DNA of 64,000 bases from Basidiobolus meristosporus CBS 931.73 (taxonomy: Eukaryota; Fungi; Basidiobolomycota), in contig MCFE01000052.1 in NCBI GenBank assembly GCA_002104905.1, positions 131,876-195,875 on the forward strand. The letters are read 5' to 3'. Shown here one piece after another: positions 63,774 to 64,000 of this stretch (positions are counted from its first letter, which is position 1; every line of letters starts with the position of its first letter). The translations under genes and the position numbers were made by a program. The notes under the pieces were generated by a model. It worked only from the letters and a program-made list of their open reading frames with translations. It made no database searches and was not told the origin of the DNA.

Positions 63774-64000
63774 GGGTTAGGGTTAGGGTTAGGGTTAGGG
63801 TTAGGGTTAGGGTTAGGGTTAGGGTTAGGGTTAGGGTTAGGGTTAGGGTTAGGGTTAGGGTTAGGGTTAGGGTTAGGTTAGGGTTAGGGTTAGGGTTAGG
63901 GTTAGGGTTAGGGTTAGGGTTAGGGTTAGGGTTAGGGTTAGGGTTAGGGTTAGGGTTAGGGTTAGGGTTAGGGTTAGGGTTAGGGTTAGGGTTAGGGTTA
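63774..64000 (+). repeat. Telomere (TTAGGG)n, about 38 units, running to the window end
   Basis: Continuous TTAGGG array, G-rich strand toward the end, with one TTAGG variant at 63873-63877. Confidence 0.99.

Overview
This is the right end of a eukaryotic chromosome, ending in about 38 (TTAGGG) repeats. The organism is a fungus, probably early-diverging: short GT-AG introns, velvet genes, a fungal-type adenylate cyclase and a TTC14-like TPR gene (inference only). Bases 1-52.2 kb are gene-dense: FAS1 fragment, METTL7-like methyltransferase, an unusual P5-ATPase, ABHD13/Bem46, a 4-RRM protein, adenylate cyclase, kinesin-3, two divergently oriented velvet paralogues, a TPR/RS protein, SNF5-GATA, eIF5B, mitochondrial KAS, a PX/DUF3818 protein, DPP3, and GST plus a GST relic. 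The most striking part is 54.4-64 kb, a head-to-tail stack of minus-strand retroelements with their 5' ends toward the telomere. Each non-LTR element starts on the + strand at TTAGGG(G)n and shares a 3' tail with a TCACC-N4-GGTGA hairpin. From proximal to distal the stack holds: (1) an old LINE (family 2) remnant; (2) a copia element broken and capped by telomeric repeats; (3) a ~525-bp tRNA-headed SINE-like element with an internal array of covarying hairpins; (4) a 5'-truncated APE-RT LINE (family 1); (5) a full-length copy of that LINE; (6) a 142-bp spacer and the telomere. In the full-length LINE, ORF1 and ORF2 are in frame, separated only by UGA-CUA with no ORF2 AUG, and both ORFs appear to contain no CpG. 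Together this looks like a telomere-targeted LINE/SINE system that extends or heals chromosome ends. All calls come from reading the sequence by eye; no database searches were run.
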